Shown here one piece after another: positions 1 through 9,684 of a stretch of DNA of 64,000 bases (positions are counted from its first letter, which is position 1; every line of letters begins with the position of its first letter). The notes below the pieces were generated by a model. That model searched no databases. It was not told the origin of the DNA and was given only the letters and a program-made list of their open reading frames with translations. Source of the DNA: Candidatus Oxydemutatoraceae bacterium (GTDB taxonomy: Bacteria; Pseudomonadota; Gammaproteobacteria; Poriferisulfidales; Oxydemutatoraceae); contig OZ244779.1 of the NCBI GenBank assembly GCA_965219575.1, forward strand, positions 588,769 through 652,768, in the 5' to 3' direction. The translations under genes were made by a program, and so were the position numbers.

Positions 1-732
1 GGACGGCGCATACGCCAAGCCTTTATCGCTCGCGAAGGCTACTGCCTTATCGCCGCAGACTACTCGCAGATAGAAATGCGCATCATGGCACATGTATCCC
101 AAGATCCGGGGCTATTGAATGTATTCCAAAAAGGTATGGATATGCACCGCGCAACCGCAGCCGAGGTCTTCGGTTGCGAACCGGAAGCGGTCGACGACGA
201 GCAACGACGCATTGCCAAAGCCATCAACTTCGGACTGATTTACGGAATGTCGGCATTCGGTCTCGCCAGACAACTCAATATAGAGAATAGAGAAGCGGCG
301 GATTATGTGAAAACCTATTTTGAGCGGTTTGCCGGTGTGCGCACCTATATGGACGACACGCGTAAACAAGCACGCAAACAAGGTTATGTGGAAACCATCA
401 TCGGTCGGCGGTTGTATTTGCCGGAAATCAACGCCAAGGATGCTCGCCGTAGACGCTACGCCGAGCGCACCGCAATCAATGCGCCGATGCAAGGGTCGGC
501 TGCCGATATCATCAAACGAGCGATGATACGCATTGCCGAACAATTCAAGGACAACCCGAACGATGCGGTGATGATTATGCAGGTACACGATGAGCTGATT
601 ATAGAAGTGGCAGAACCGCATGCCGACGATGTAATGAACAAATGCTGTGACTTGATGGAGTCGGCGGCGGAACTTTCGGTGCCGCTAAAAGTCAACGCAA
701 GTATCGGCAATAATTGGGACGAGGCGCACTAG
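1..732 (+). CDS. polA: DNA polymerase I, C-terminal part (runs in from window edge)
   Basis: Frame open from base 1 ([17 protein letters not shown]); Pol A motifs [37 protein letters not shown] end. Confidence 0.98.
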   Translation, partial: GRRIRQAFIAREGYCLIAADYSQIEMRIMAHVSQDPGLLNVFQKGMDMHRATAAEVFGCEPEAVDDEQRRIAKAINFGLIYGMSAFGLARQLNIENREAADYVKTYFERFAGVRTYMDDTRKQARKQGYVETIIGRRLYLPEINAKDARRRRYAERTAINAPMQGSAADIIKRAMIRIAEQFKDNPNDAVMIMQVHDELIIEVAEPHADDVMNKCCDLMESAAELSVPLKVNASIGNNWDEAH

Positions 733-865
733 CGATTCTGCATCAAAACATTCTACTCACTGTACAGATGCGACATAAATAAGCGGGCATTCTCAGGAGA
801 GCAAGTCAAACAATAGAGTACAATAAACGGTCACTAAAAGTACTTATACAGAAAAATTCATTTTC

Positions 866-1696
866 ATGATAATTTCCCACAAATTGCAAGTCATATTTAT
901 AAAACCATACAAAGTTAGTGGTTCGTCGTTTGAAATAGCACTGAGAAGTTATTGCGGTAAAGGTGATATATCATCACGGCCCGGTAGAGGGATTTATAAA
1001 GATATGTTCACGGATCATTATAACGGCGAACATTTAACATATCATATTTCTGCTGAGATGCTAAGATCTAAAATACCGGATAATATCTGGAATAATTACC
1101 TTAAAGTGTCCATTGTCCGAGATATTTACGATGCTATTATTTCTTTATACTATTATCACCATAATAGCCGAGAGTTTAGAGGATTTTTCCCGAAGAATTT
1201 TAATAAATACGTTTTGACGGCAGGAATTAGACACATAGAGGCAAATTTTTCAAACCTCTGTATTGATGGACGATGCGTCATTGATTTTATTATTAGATAT
1301 GAAAATGCAGACGAGGACATTAAGGCTTTGGAAGAGAAAATAGGCTGTGTCGGCTTAGCAAATATCTATAAATCTACGAGTGTTAACGTAAAAACTCGTG
1401 TTCCCGGACAAGATAGTGTCAAAGTTTATTCACAGTATCCGGTAGCGAGAACACTAATCGACATGTATTTTTCCCAAGCTATAAGCGATAACGAGCTTAT
1501 TCAGAAATACTACCCGTTGTATAAAGAAAGGTTAAGCCGAAAAATTCCAGAACCGGGATATCTTTCCGGAAAAACAGCGAGACTACTATTTTCTTTATAT
1601 AATTATAGAAAGTATCCGGCTCTAAAATGGTATTTCAGACAAAGAAACCGTTTTCGTCGCCCTTCTTTTTTACGGCGCAAAGTCAAGTTAGTCTAA
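866..1696 (+). CDS. Sulfotransferase family protein (Sulfotransfer_2-like), copy 1
   Basis: MIISHK..FIKPYKVSGSSFE resembles the 5'-PAPS-binding loop; VRDIYDAIISLYY resembles the 3'-PB motif; DFIIRYE motif; AT-rich. Confidence 0.75.
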   Translation: MIISHKLQVIFIKPYKVSGSSFEIALRSYCGKGDISSRPGRGIYKDMFTDHYNGEHLTYHISAEMLRSKIPDNIWNNYLKVSIVRDIYDAIISLYYYHHNSREFRGFFPKNFNKYVLTAGIRHIEANFSNLCIDGRCVIDFIIRYENADEDIKALEEKIGCVGLANIYKSTSVNVKTRVPGQDSVKVYSQYPVARTLIDMYFSQAISDNELIQKYYPLYKERLSRKIPEPGYLSGKTARLLFSLYNYRKYPALKWYFRQRNRFRRPSFLRRKVKLV

Positions 1697-2143
1697 GACA
1701 TTCTTGAAAACCATTAGCCGGATAACATAGTTACGTTCCCCCATTTGTCCAATATGTCATGGCATCGTACAATTACTCTATAAATATGCTAATATACCAA
1801 CTTGGTAATACTTGAGAGCTAAAATGTTTATTTTAATGAAAATTAATATCAATGCCGTGCTACAGCACGGCGAGTTTCTGCGTCAAGTGCAGGAGCATCA
1901 GACCAAATCTTGCGATAAAGGCCGGTATGGCCGGCCGTAAGCCGTCTCAGACCACTGCGCTGGATGCAATCCTAGAAGTTGCCCAAAAGTACAAAAAAGA
2001 GGTCTTAGCGGCCGCTGAAAAAAGTTAGTATATCGGCGAAGTTTTTGGATCAGTGTGAATAAGCGTTTTTATGTAAAATCACGATCGCCGAAGTTATGCA
2101 CCGATTATAATAGTAAGTTACAGACAATAAAAGGAGATTAAAA

Positions 2144-2350
2144 ATGTCAGAAATCGCACTTTACAATGCACTAACAAAGTTAGGGTTAGACCATGACGAA
2201 GCAAAGGAAACGGTTGCCGATATTGCTAGCGCAAAGGATGTGGCAACGAAGGTAGATTTAGCAAACTTGGAGACAAGGCTAACCCAGCGTATTTATGCGG
2301 CAGTTGGGATAATTCTTGCCGGTATCGGATTGATGATTAAGTTTTTATGA
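2144..2350 (+). CDS. Small coiled-coil protein with C-terminal TM anchor (DUF1640/CCDC90-like)
   Basis: Strong RBS AAGGAG; ATKVDL motif followed by hydrophobic C-terminus; paralogue at 36480. Confidence 0.65.
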   Translation: MSEIALYNALTKLGLDHDEAKETVADIASAKDVATKVDLANLETRLTQRIYAAVGIILAGIGLMIKFL

Positions 2351-2624
2351 ATAGGATTGCCGGCAAAGAGAACCAAAAAATAAACTAATTAGCAATAGTA
2401 AAAAGCCTGTTTGCAAAAAGCGCGAGGTTATTATACTGAAAAAAAAGATCTTCCCCCAAATAGTAGACTAATTTTTATGCCCCCTTTGTGATAGATTTTT
2501 CATAATCTACGGAACACATATAGCCCAGTGTAGAATGCACCCCACCATGGGAGGAGGATAAAACGGTACATATGCGCTATTGGTGATAAAATACGGCACT
2601 AAACATTCACAGCGAAGTTAAACA

Positions 2625-2808
2625 ATGCATTCCGTAGCGATCATAGGTGGTACCGGCTACACAGGGTACGAATTGATGCGTATTTTGGTGCGTCATCCGC
2701 ATATTAAACTTGGTCAAGTTGTATCTCGTAGCAAGGCGGGTTGCGCCATAGCAGAAGTATTCCCTAAAATGAAGGGGCATACCGATTTGTGCTATACGCA
2801 AAGTTTTG
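2625..2808 (+). pseudogene. argC: Duplicated 5' fragment of argC (first about 61 codons)
   Basis: 4 substitutions in 184 nt versus 4014-4197; homology stops abruptly at 2808. Confidence 0.95.
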
Positions 2809-2931
2809 GCCCTCAAGATGGGGGAAGGTTACTGTTGTTTACTAATTTAACTGAGGATCTCATCGTTGTCATAGCCCAGTTTTTTGGGGTGAGGTCACAG
2901 CGGATTTAGGGATACAGAAAAATTCATTCTT

Positions 2932-3759
2932 ATGATAATTTCCCACAAATTGCAAGTCATATTTATAAAACCATACAAAGTTAGTGGTTCGTCATTTGAA
3001 ACAGCACTGAGAAGTTATTGCGGTAAAGGTGATATATCATCATGGCTTGATAGAGGGATTAAGGATATGTTCACGGATCATTATAATGGCGAACATTTAA
3101 AGTTTCATATTTCTTCTGAGATGCTAAGATCTAAAATACCGGATAATATCTGGAATAATTACCTTAAAGTATCCTTTGTCCGAGATATTTACGATGTTAT
3201 TATTTCTTCATACTGTTATCACCATAATGACCGAGGGTTTAGAGGACTTTTCCCGAAGAATTTTAATAAATACCTTTTGAGAATAGGGATTAGACACGCA
3301 CAGAGAAATTTTTCAAACCTCTGCATTGATGGACGATGCGTCATTGATTTTATTATTAGATATGAAAATGCAGACGAGGACATTAAGACTTTGGAAGAGA
3401 AAATAGGTTGTATCGGCTTACTAAACAAATATCAATCTATGCGTATTTTCAGAGACTTTCGTGCTCCCGGGCAGGATAGTGTAAAAGTTTATTCCCGGTA
3501 TCCGGTGGCGAGAGCACTAATCGACATGCATTTTTCCCAAGCTATGAACGATAACGAGCTTATTCAAAAATACTACCCGCTGTATAAAGAAAGGTTAGGC
3601 GGAAAAATTCCGGAACCGGGATATCTTCCCAGAAAAACAGCGAGACTACTACTTTCTTTATATAATTATAGAAAGTATCCGGTTCTAAGAGAGTATTTCA
3701 GGGGAACAAACCATTCTCGTCACATTTCCTCTTCACAGTCCAAAGTCAAGTTAGTCTAA
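2932..3759 (+). CDS. Sulfotransferase family protein, copy 2
   Basis: Roughly 80% aa identity (by eye) to 866..1696; same motifs. Confidence 0.75.
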   Translation: MIISHKLQVIFIKPYKVSGSSFETALRSYCGKGDISSWLDRGIKDMFTDHYNGEHLKFHISSEMLRSKIPDNIWNNYLKVSFVRDIYDVIISSYCYHHNDRGFRGLFPKNFNKYLLRIGIRHAQRNFSNLCIDGRCVIDFIIRYENADEDIKTLEEKIGCIGLLNKYQSMRIFRDFRAPGQDSVKVYSRYPVARALIDMHFSQAMNDNELIQKYYPLYKERLGGKIPEPGYLPRKTARLLLSLYNYRKYPVLREYFRGTNHSRHISSSQSKVKLV

Positions 3760-3800
3760 AAAATTTTTGAAAACCATTAGTCGGGTAACATAGAGCGGTA

Positions 3801-3890
3801 TAGAGCCGCCGATTGAGCCGGTAGGTCAATCGCCAATTATGATGTCCGCCCGACAGGTCAGTCGGCGTGACATTGTGCAGAACTTCAGCA
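3801..3890. repeat. Mosaic repeat (GCCGATTGA-GCCGGTAGG-TCAATCG hairpin module plus partial modules)
   Basis: Same hairpin at about 12639, 16084, 20458, 35500, 42387, 42565, 42726, 47547, 54423. Confidence 0.85.
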
Positions 3891-4013
3891 TGATTGCTAA
3901 ACGGATACATTGCAGAATGCATAAGCCACCTCACCACAGGCGAGGAATAAAACGGCGTGTATGCGCTATTGGTGATAAAATACGGCACTAAACATTCACA
4001 GCGAAGTTAAACA

Positions 4014-5033
4014 ATGTATTCCGTAGCGATCATAGGCGGTACCGGCTACACAGGGTACGAATTGATGCGTATTTTGGTGCGTCATCCGCATATTAAACTT
4101 GGTCAAGTTGTATCTCGTAGCAAGGCGGGTTGCGCCATAGCAGAAGTATTTCCCAAAATGAAGGGGCATACCGATTTGTGCTATACGCAAAGTTTTGATC
4201 CCGACCTCGGTGCCGATTTAGTATTTTTCGCGACACCGAACGGAACGGCAATGAAGCAAGCCGAAATGTTGCTCGATTCGGGAATACGTATCGTAGATTT
4301 GGCAGCGGATTTTAGATTGAGCGACGCAGACGAATGGAAGCATTGGTACGGAGAGGGTCATGCCTGCCCACATTTATTGGAGAAAGCAATCTACGGTCTA
4401 AGCGAAATGAATCGCAACCCTATTGCCGATGCGACTTTGGTGGCTAACCCGGGCTGTTATCCGACTTCGGTGATACTCGGCTTAAAGCCTTTGATAGAAT
4501 CGGGCTATGCCGACATTTCATGTTTGATAGCCGATTCAAAATCGGGTGTAAGCGGGGCAGGTCGTCAAGCGAGTGTGGAATTGCTATTCGGAGAATGTAG
4601 CGAAAACTTTAGAGCCTACAAAGCCTCCGCCCACAGGCACTGGCCGGAAATCAGCCAACAATTATGCCAAATCGCCGGTGCCGAAGTCGGATTCAGCTTT
4701 ACGCCCCACTTGCTACCGATTTTCCGTGGTTTGCAATCGAGCCTGTATATTAAGACGGCTGCCGAGTTATCGGAACTTCAGCACTGTTTAGAGCAGGCTT
4801 ATGCAGATGAACCTTTCGTACGGGTCATGCCACCCGATAGTCATCCACAAACCCGAGATGTGAGCGGCACCAATGTGTGTTTGCTTGCGGTGCATAAACC
4901 GCAATACGGGAATATTGCAGTCGTGTTTTCGGTAATCGATAATTTAATCAAGGGGGCTGCCGGTCAGGCGGTGCAGAATATGAATTTGATGTTCGGCATA
5001 GATGAAACGGCAGGGCTTGTTGATTTATACTAA
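4014..5033 (+). CDS. argC: N-acetyl-gamma-glutamyl-phosphate reductase
   Basis: IIGGTGYTG Rossmann motif, VANPGCYPT catalytic Cys, DNLIKGAAGQAVQNMN. Confidence 0.97.
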   Translation: MYSVAIIGGTGYTGYELMRILVRHPHIKLGQVVSRSKAGCAIAEVFPKMKGHTDLCYTQSFDPDLGADLVFFATPNGTAMKQAEMLLDSGIRIVDLAADFRLSDADEWKHWYGEGHACPHLLEKAIYGLSEMNRNPIADATLVANPGCYPTSVILGLKPLIESGYADISCLIADSKSGVSGAGRQASVELLFGECSENFRAYKASAHRHWPEISQQLCQIAGAEVGFSFTPHLLPIFRGLQSSLYIKTAAELSELQHCLEQAYADEPFVRVMPPDSHPQTRDVSGTNVCLLAVHKPQYGNIAVVFSVIDNLIKGAAGQAVQNMNLMFGIDETAGLVDLY

Positions 5034-5060
5034 AAGTCTATATCGTTCAAAGAGGAATAT

Positions 5061-7334
5061 GTGAAATACCGAACAGTCGCCAAGAGATCAAAATCTACCG
5101 CAAACATCTCGGGACACGATTCGATGTATCTGCGCAAAGGCAGTGGCTGGTTGCTTATTTTCGTAGGTATGTATTTTCTACTCTCGATGTTGAGTTATCG
5201 AGCGGACGACCCGTCGTGGGCAAACAATATCGGTATGGACGAGACGCAAAACTTGGGAGGGATCGTCGGCGCATGGGTTGCTTATACTTTTTATTTTCTT
5301 TTCGGGATGCCGGCACTCGTGCTGTTGCCGATGGCTATTTTTTCGAGTGCCCGCCGCTTATTCAACCCTAGCCACACACAGCTTTCTATATGGAATAGGC
5401 ATCTAATCATTTGGTTGGCGGCGTTGCTGGCGATAATCGCATGTTGTGGATTGGCAACCTTACATTTTGTCGCACCCGATCTTCCTACCAGTAGCGGCGG
5501 TCGGCTGGGTGAATTGGTTATACAAAGTTTTTTTCCGCTCTTCGGCATGATAGGTTCCACCGTGTTATTGCTGGGTTTGATCGTGGCTAGCCTGACGGTG
5601 ATGGTGGATATCGCATGGCTGAAGATAGCGGATGCGGTCGGTTTGGCTTTATTCTCGATCGCGCAATGGTTCGTAGATACCAAGCGGTGGATGCAAAGCC
5701 GTCTACTGGTTCACGAACGCTCCGTGGAACGCAGCCGAATAGTTTCAAAACGCAAGCAAAAACTCGTCAACAGAACCCCGCCCAAAATAGGGAATATGCT
5801 CAACAGCCTGTCGCCCGGCACAAAAAGTACGAAAAAACAACAAATCACATTGCCGATCGAAGGAGGGGAGGAATTACCTCCGTTGAGTCTACTGGATCGA
5901 GAAACAGCATCGGTCTCGAGTTACTCTAAAGACGAACTGGAAAAACTTGCCAGACAACTTGAAATTAAATTAGAAGATTTCGGCATTGGATCTCGAGTGA
6001 CCGAGGCACAGCCCGGTCCTGTGGTAACCCGTTTTGAAGTTGTACCGTCTCCCGGCACCAAAGCGAGCAGTATCAGCAACCTCCAGAAAGACCTTGCGCG
6101 ATCTTTATTGCTCCCCAGCATCCGAGTAGTGGAAGTGATTCCGGGGAAATCGTCGGTCGGCATAGAAGTGCCGAATAGAACGCGTTTGGTTGTCAAATTC
6201 GGTGAACTCTTGCAATCCGAAGAGTACGAGAAACAGCACTCGCCGTTAACGCTCGCCTTAGGCAAGGATGTTGCAGGTCAAGCGATATTCATCGATTTAG
6301 AAAAATTACCCCACCTGCTGGTTGCCGGCACCACCGGTTCGGGCAAATCGGTTGCGGTACATTCTATGCTGGCAAGCCTATTATTTCGTAATCTCCCCTC
6401 GCAAGTCCGTTTGATTTTGGTAGACCCTAAAATGCTCGAACTCAAATCGTACGAAGATATCCCGCATTTATTGTTACCTCTGATTACCGATATGCAGGAA
6501 GCCGCCGGTGCCTTACGGTGGGCGGTTGCCGAAATGGAACGTCGCTACCGCCTTATGGCAGCACTCAATGTACGCAATATCACATCGTATAATAATAAAG
6601 TTACTAAGGCTAAAAAAAGAAAGGAACCAATTGCCGACCCGCTCTTCAAGAGCGAAGACGAAGCCGCAACAGCCCCACCACTCGACGAGATACCGTATAT
6701 CGTCATCGTCATCGATGAATTCGCCGATATGATTATGATGGTGGGCAAGAAAGTAGAGGAACTGATTATCCGACTGGCTCAAAAAGCACGCGCCGCAGGA
6801 ATACATCTGGTACTGGCTACACAAAGACCTTCGGTCGATATTATTACCGGTTTGGTCAAAGCGAATGTGCCGGCGAGAATAGCATTTCAAGTTTCCTCAA
6901 AGGTCGATTCGCGCACCATATTGGATCAAAACGGTGCCGAGCAACTGCTGGGGCAAGGCGATATGCTATGTCTGATGCCGAGCTACGCAACGCCGATGCG
7001 CGTACACGGTGCTTTCATATCGGATAGCGAAGTGCAAGCGGTCACCGACTTTTTACGCAAACAAGGCGAGCCGTATTATATAGAAAGCCTAAATACATCG
7101 GACAACGGGGTGGCCTCCTTTGATACCGGCGAAACCGAAGACCCGCTCTACAAACAAGCGGTGGAAATCGTAACCGAATCGGGCAAGGCATCTATCTCTC
7201 ATCTACAACGCCGCCTCAAAATAGGTTATAACCGAGCGGCGCGCATGATAGAAGAAATGGAGAGTGCCAAGATAGTTTCCAGCATACAATCGAGCGGATC
7301 TCGCGAAGTATTGGTCTCGTCGTCTAGAAAATGA
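5061..7334 (+). CDS. ftsK: DNA translocase FtsK
   Basis: N-terminal TM domain, HLLVAGTTGSGKS Walker A, LATQRPSVD, gamma domain LQRRLKIGYNRAAR. Confidence 0.97.
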   Translation: MKYRTVAKRSKSTANISGHDSMYLRKGSGWLLIFVGMYFLLSMLSYRADDPSWANNIGMDETQNLGGIVGAWVAYTFYFLFGMPALVLLPMAIFSSARRLFNPSHTQLSIWNRHLIIWLAALLAIIACCGLATLHFVAPDLPTSSGGRLGELVIQSFFPLFGMIGSTVLLLGLIVASLTVMVDIAWLKIADAVGLALFSIAQWFVDTKRWMQSRLLVHERSVERSRIVSKRKQKLVNRTPPKIGNMLNSLSPGTKSTKKQQITLPIEGGEELPPLSLLDRETASVSSYSKDELEKLARQLEIKLEDFGIGSRVTEAQPGPVVTRFEVVPSPGTKASSISNLQKDLARSLLLPSIRVVEVIPGKSSVGIEVPNRTRLVVKFGELLQSEEYEKQHSPLTLALGKDVAGQAIFIDLEKLPHLLVAGTTGSGKSVAVHSMLASLLFRNLPSQVRLILVDPKMLELKSYEDIPHLLLPLITDMQEAAGALRWAVAEMERRYRLMAALNVRNITSYNNKVTKAKKRKEPIADPLFKSEDEAATAPPLDEIPYIVIVIDEFADMIMMVGKKVEELIIRLAQKARAAGIHLVLATQRPSVDIITGLVKANVPARIAFQVSSKVDSRTILDQNGAEQLLGQGDMLCLMPSYATPMRVHGAFISDSEVQAVTDFLRKQGEPYYIESLNTSDNGVASFDTGETEDPLYKQAVEIVTESGKASISHLQRRLKIGYNRAARMIEEMESAKIVSSIQSSGSREVLVSSSRK

Positions 7335-7966
7335 TGAAGCGATATATTAAGGCTGCTTGCCTCGTTTGTTTGTTCGTTATCTTTGTGCCTGCACGCGCCG
7401 ACAATTTGGCTGCTTTGGATGTTTTTTTCAAATCCGAGACTTTTCGCGCCAATTTCGATCAGGAAGTTTATAGTTCGGAGGGGCAAAAAATCGACGAGTC
7501 CAAAGGATTCACCTTGTTTCATAGGCCCGGCCGCTTTCGTTGGGAATATGTCTCCCCGGAACCTTATCTGATTTTGACCGACGGCTTAAGTCTGCTTATC
7601 TACGATGTGCCGTTAAAACAAGCGTATTTGCGCCCTACACTCAACACGCTGGGAAAAGCACCGCTGATGCTCCTTTTGGATAAGCGTACTGCGGTTGACG
7701 ATTTTTATATAGACATCATAGCCGACAACGCCTACCCGAACATAGAGGGGGTGAGTTGGCTGAGGTTGGTGCCCAAAGTAGACGACACCGACTTTGTTTA
7801 TTTCGATATAGGGTTTGAGGGAGAGCGTCTATCGCATTTAATACTCTACGACCACTTCGATCAATACACTCAGATCCGTTTTTACGATATACAAACAAAC
7901 CCAGAATTTAAGAAAGACTATTTCCGTATCGAGCTACCGGAAGATGTAGATGTGATTCGGAATTGA
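7331..7966 (+). CDS. lolA: Outer-membrane lipoprotein carrier LolA
   Basis: Signal peptide, RPGRFRWEY motif, follows ftsK. Confidence 0.92.
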   Translation: MMKRYIKAACLVCLFVIFVPARADNLAALDVFFKSETFRANFDQEVYSSEGQKIDESKGFTLFHRPGRFRWEYVSPEPYLILTDGLSLLIYDVPLKQAYLRPTLNTLGKAPLMLLLDKRTAVDDFYIDIIADNAYPNIEGVSWLRLVPKVDDTDFVYFDIGFEGERLSHLILYDHFDQYTQIRFYDIQTNPEFKKDYFRIELPEDVDVIRN

Positions 7967-8022
7967 AGCTGTGAGGCTATAAAAAATAGAACCACCACTT
8001 GTTGCAGTAGCACAAGTGGCGT

Positions 8023-8231
8023 GGGGCTGTTGAAAAAGTATCGTCAGCGTGCAACCGTAACCGCTTGCGCCGTGAATATTTGCAAACCACCCGTAGGGGC
8101 GGACTAGCATGTCCGCCCGTAACGCGTTGTGCCTACACGATTTATACATTCATCCATCCAATTTATGGAAACCAAAACCAAATGGCGCAAGTGATTGGAT
8201 TCGTACGATGCCGCACTTTTTCAACAGCCCT
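8023..8231. mobile_element. MITE-like element with GGGGCTGTTGAAAAAGT TIRs and internal GTAG REP hairpin
   Basis: TIRs at both ends; internal GTAGGGGCGGAC..GTCCGCCC; GCGT on both flanks. Confidence 0.8.
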
Positions 8232-8263
8232 GCGTGACGTTATAAGGTAGGCTTACAGTGTAA

Positions 8264-9076
8264 TTATCCGTATCTAGCAAGATAAGGTTTTACGCCTCGG
8301 TATCGCTTAATGGTAAGGAATTTCTGAAAGGCATTTTTTCTAGTTATTAAATTTTGCTCGCTTAATTTTTTTTGAAAAAACTTAAGATTACCGGAAAAGT
8401 TAAAGCCTTGCCAATCTCTGTTTCTTCCTTGTTGCGAGAGCTTTTTATAGTAGTCATAGTTTTCTATAAAAGCCTTGTAACGCTCATAGGATCCATTCAG
8501 AAAATATCTAATGCGGGATATTTCTCTTTCCGGGTATGTTATTAAATCTTCATAGTATATAACCATTTTGTCTCCCTTAAAACGATCGTAGGCAACTATT
8601 AAATCTAAATAATCGAAAGCCATGCCCACAAAATTTATAGTGTCCTCATGTCTACTAATAAGTTCATGATAATCTCTAATTATCAGCAAAATAGCCGATA
8701 CGAAAGTCGTTTTATAAGCCCAATGAGATTTATAAAAAATGAAGGGATTTTTTGGATTTACATGAGCTAAGGGATGTTCTTTGCTAGGGAAAATATTTAG
8801 ATAAATAGGAATATCTTTTGTATTACCTATGCCACCATGAGTAGGGGAATTGGTGAGATATTCGGCTATAAAACGAACCCAATGATTGCCGCTTTGAGGA
8901 GACGACCATAGTGCCCTATGATTGAAGGCAAGGTTACTAGTAAAATAGCCATAGTAATCTATCTTATTCGGATTAGTTAAAAATAAATAAAATAATAAGT
9001 CTGCGATTCTTTTTGAAAAAAATGAGTTACTATCAAATCTATTGAATACAAGTCTATTGAATAATTTGCGAAACAT
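8264..9076 (-). CDS. Sulfotransferase-like protein
   Basis: SSPQSGNHWVR resembles the PAPS loop SxPRSGNxW; IIRD and IYYEDL motifs; AT-rich. Confidence 0.6.
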   Translation of the reverse strand: MFRKLFNRLVFNRFDSNSFFSKRIADLLFYLFLTNPNKIDYYGYFTSNLAFNHRALWSSPQSGNHWVRFIAEYLTNSPTHGGIGNTKDIPIYLNIFPSKEHPLAHVNPKNPFIFYKSHWAYKTTFVSAILLIIRDYHELISRHEDTINFVGMAFDYLDLIVAYDRFKGDKMVIYYEDLITYPEREISRIRYFLNGSYERYKAFIENYDYYKKLSQQGRNRDWQGFNFSGNLKFFQKKLSEQNLITRKNAFQKFLTIKRYRGVKPYLARYG

Positions 9077-9180
9077 GTATAATCCGATAAATAATATTAA
9101 ACATTATTTTAGCATTTATAGGGGAAAGCTATGCGTCATTGTAATGCGCTTAGGTTCTACAAAAAGTTACACCGTTTGTG

Positions 9181-9630
9181 TTATCGCATCTTCTGTAGCC
9201 TGCGCTTTTCCATATCCCAGCTACGGTTGCGTTCAGCCATGCGTTTATCGTATTTATGTTTTCCTTTGCCGATCCCCAGTTGCAGTTTAGCTCGGTTATT
9301 TTTCCAGTGTAGATCCAGCGGTATTAAGGTGTAGCCTTTGCGGGTGAGCTTTCCTTGCAAGCTACGCAGTTCACGGCGGTTGAGTAATAACTTTCGTGTA
9401 CGGGTAGGATTTGCCTGCGCATCGCTTACGCTCGGCAACGGACTGATATGCGCATTGATTAACCACGCCTCGTTATCTTTCAATATCGCATAGCTTTCCT
9501 TTAACTGTATGCGATTGGCTCTTAGACTTTTAACTTCCCAGCCGTCGAGTACGATACCCGCTTCTATACGCTCGTCTATGAAATAGTCCCGTTTTGCTTT
9601 AGGGTTATGTGCCGTTTTGTTAGTTTTCAT
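9181..9630 (-). CDS. smpB: SsrA-binding protein
   Basis: EAGIVLDGWEVKSLR, RTRKLLL, GKGKHKYDKR. Confidence 0.97.
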   Translation of the reverse strand: MKTNKTAHNPKAKRDYFIDERIEAGIVLDGWEVKSLRANRIQLKESYAILKDNEAWLINAHISPLPSVSDAQANPTRTRKLLLNRRELRSLQGKLTRKGYTLIPLDLHWKNNRAKLQLGIGKGKHKYDKRMAERNRSWDMEKRRLQKMR

Positions 9631-9684
9631 AGTTCTACTATAATAAGGGTCTACTTTTTATTTGCGGGGGGCATATTCTATACA

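Noticed and set aside
866-3759. Diversity-generating retroelement behind the paralogue variation
   Set aside because: No reverse transcriptase in the window, and the differences are spread along the genes and not restricted to adenines
9077-9180. tmRNA (ssrA) next to smpB
   Set aside because: No GGGGCTGATT 5' end or tRNA-like 3' end found; the GGGGCTG strings in the window are repeat TIRs
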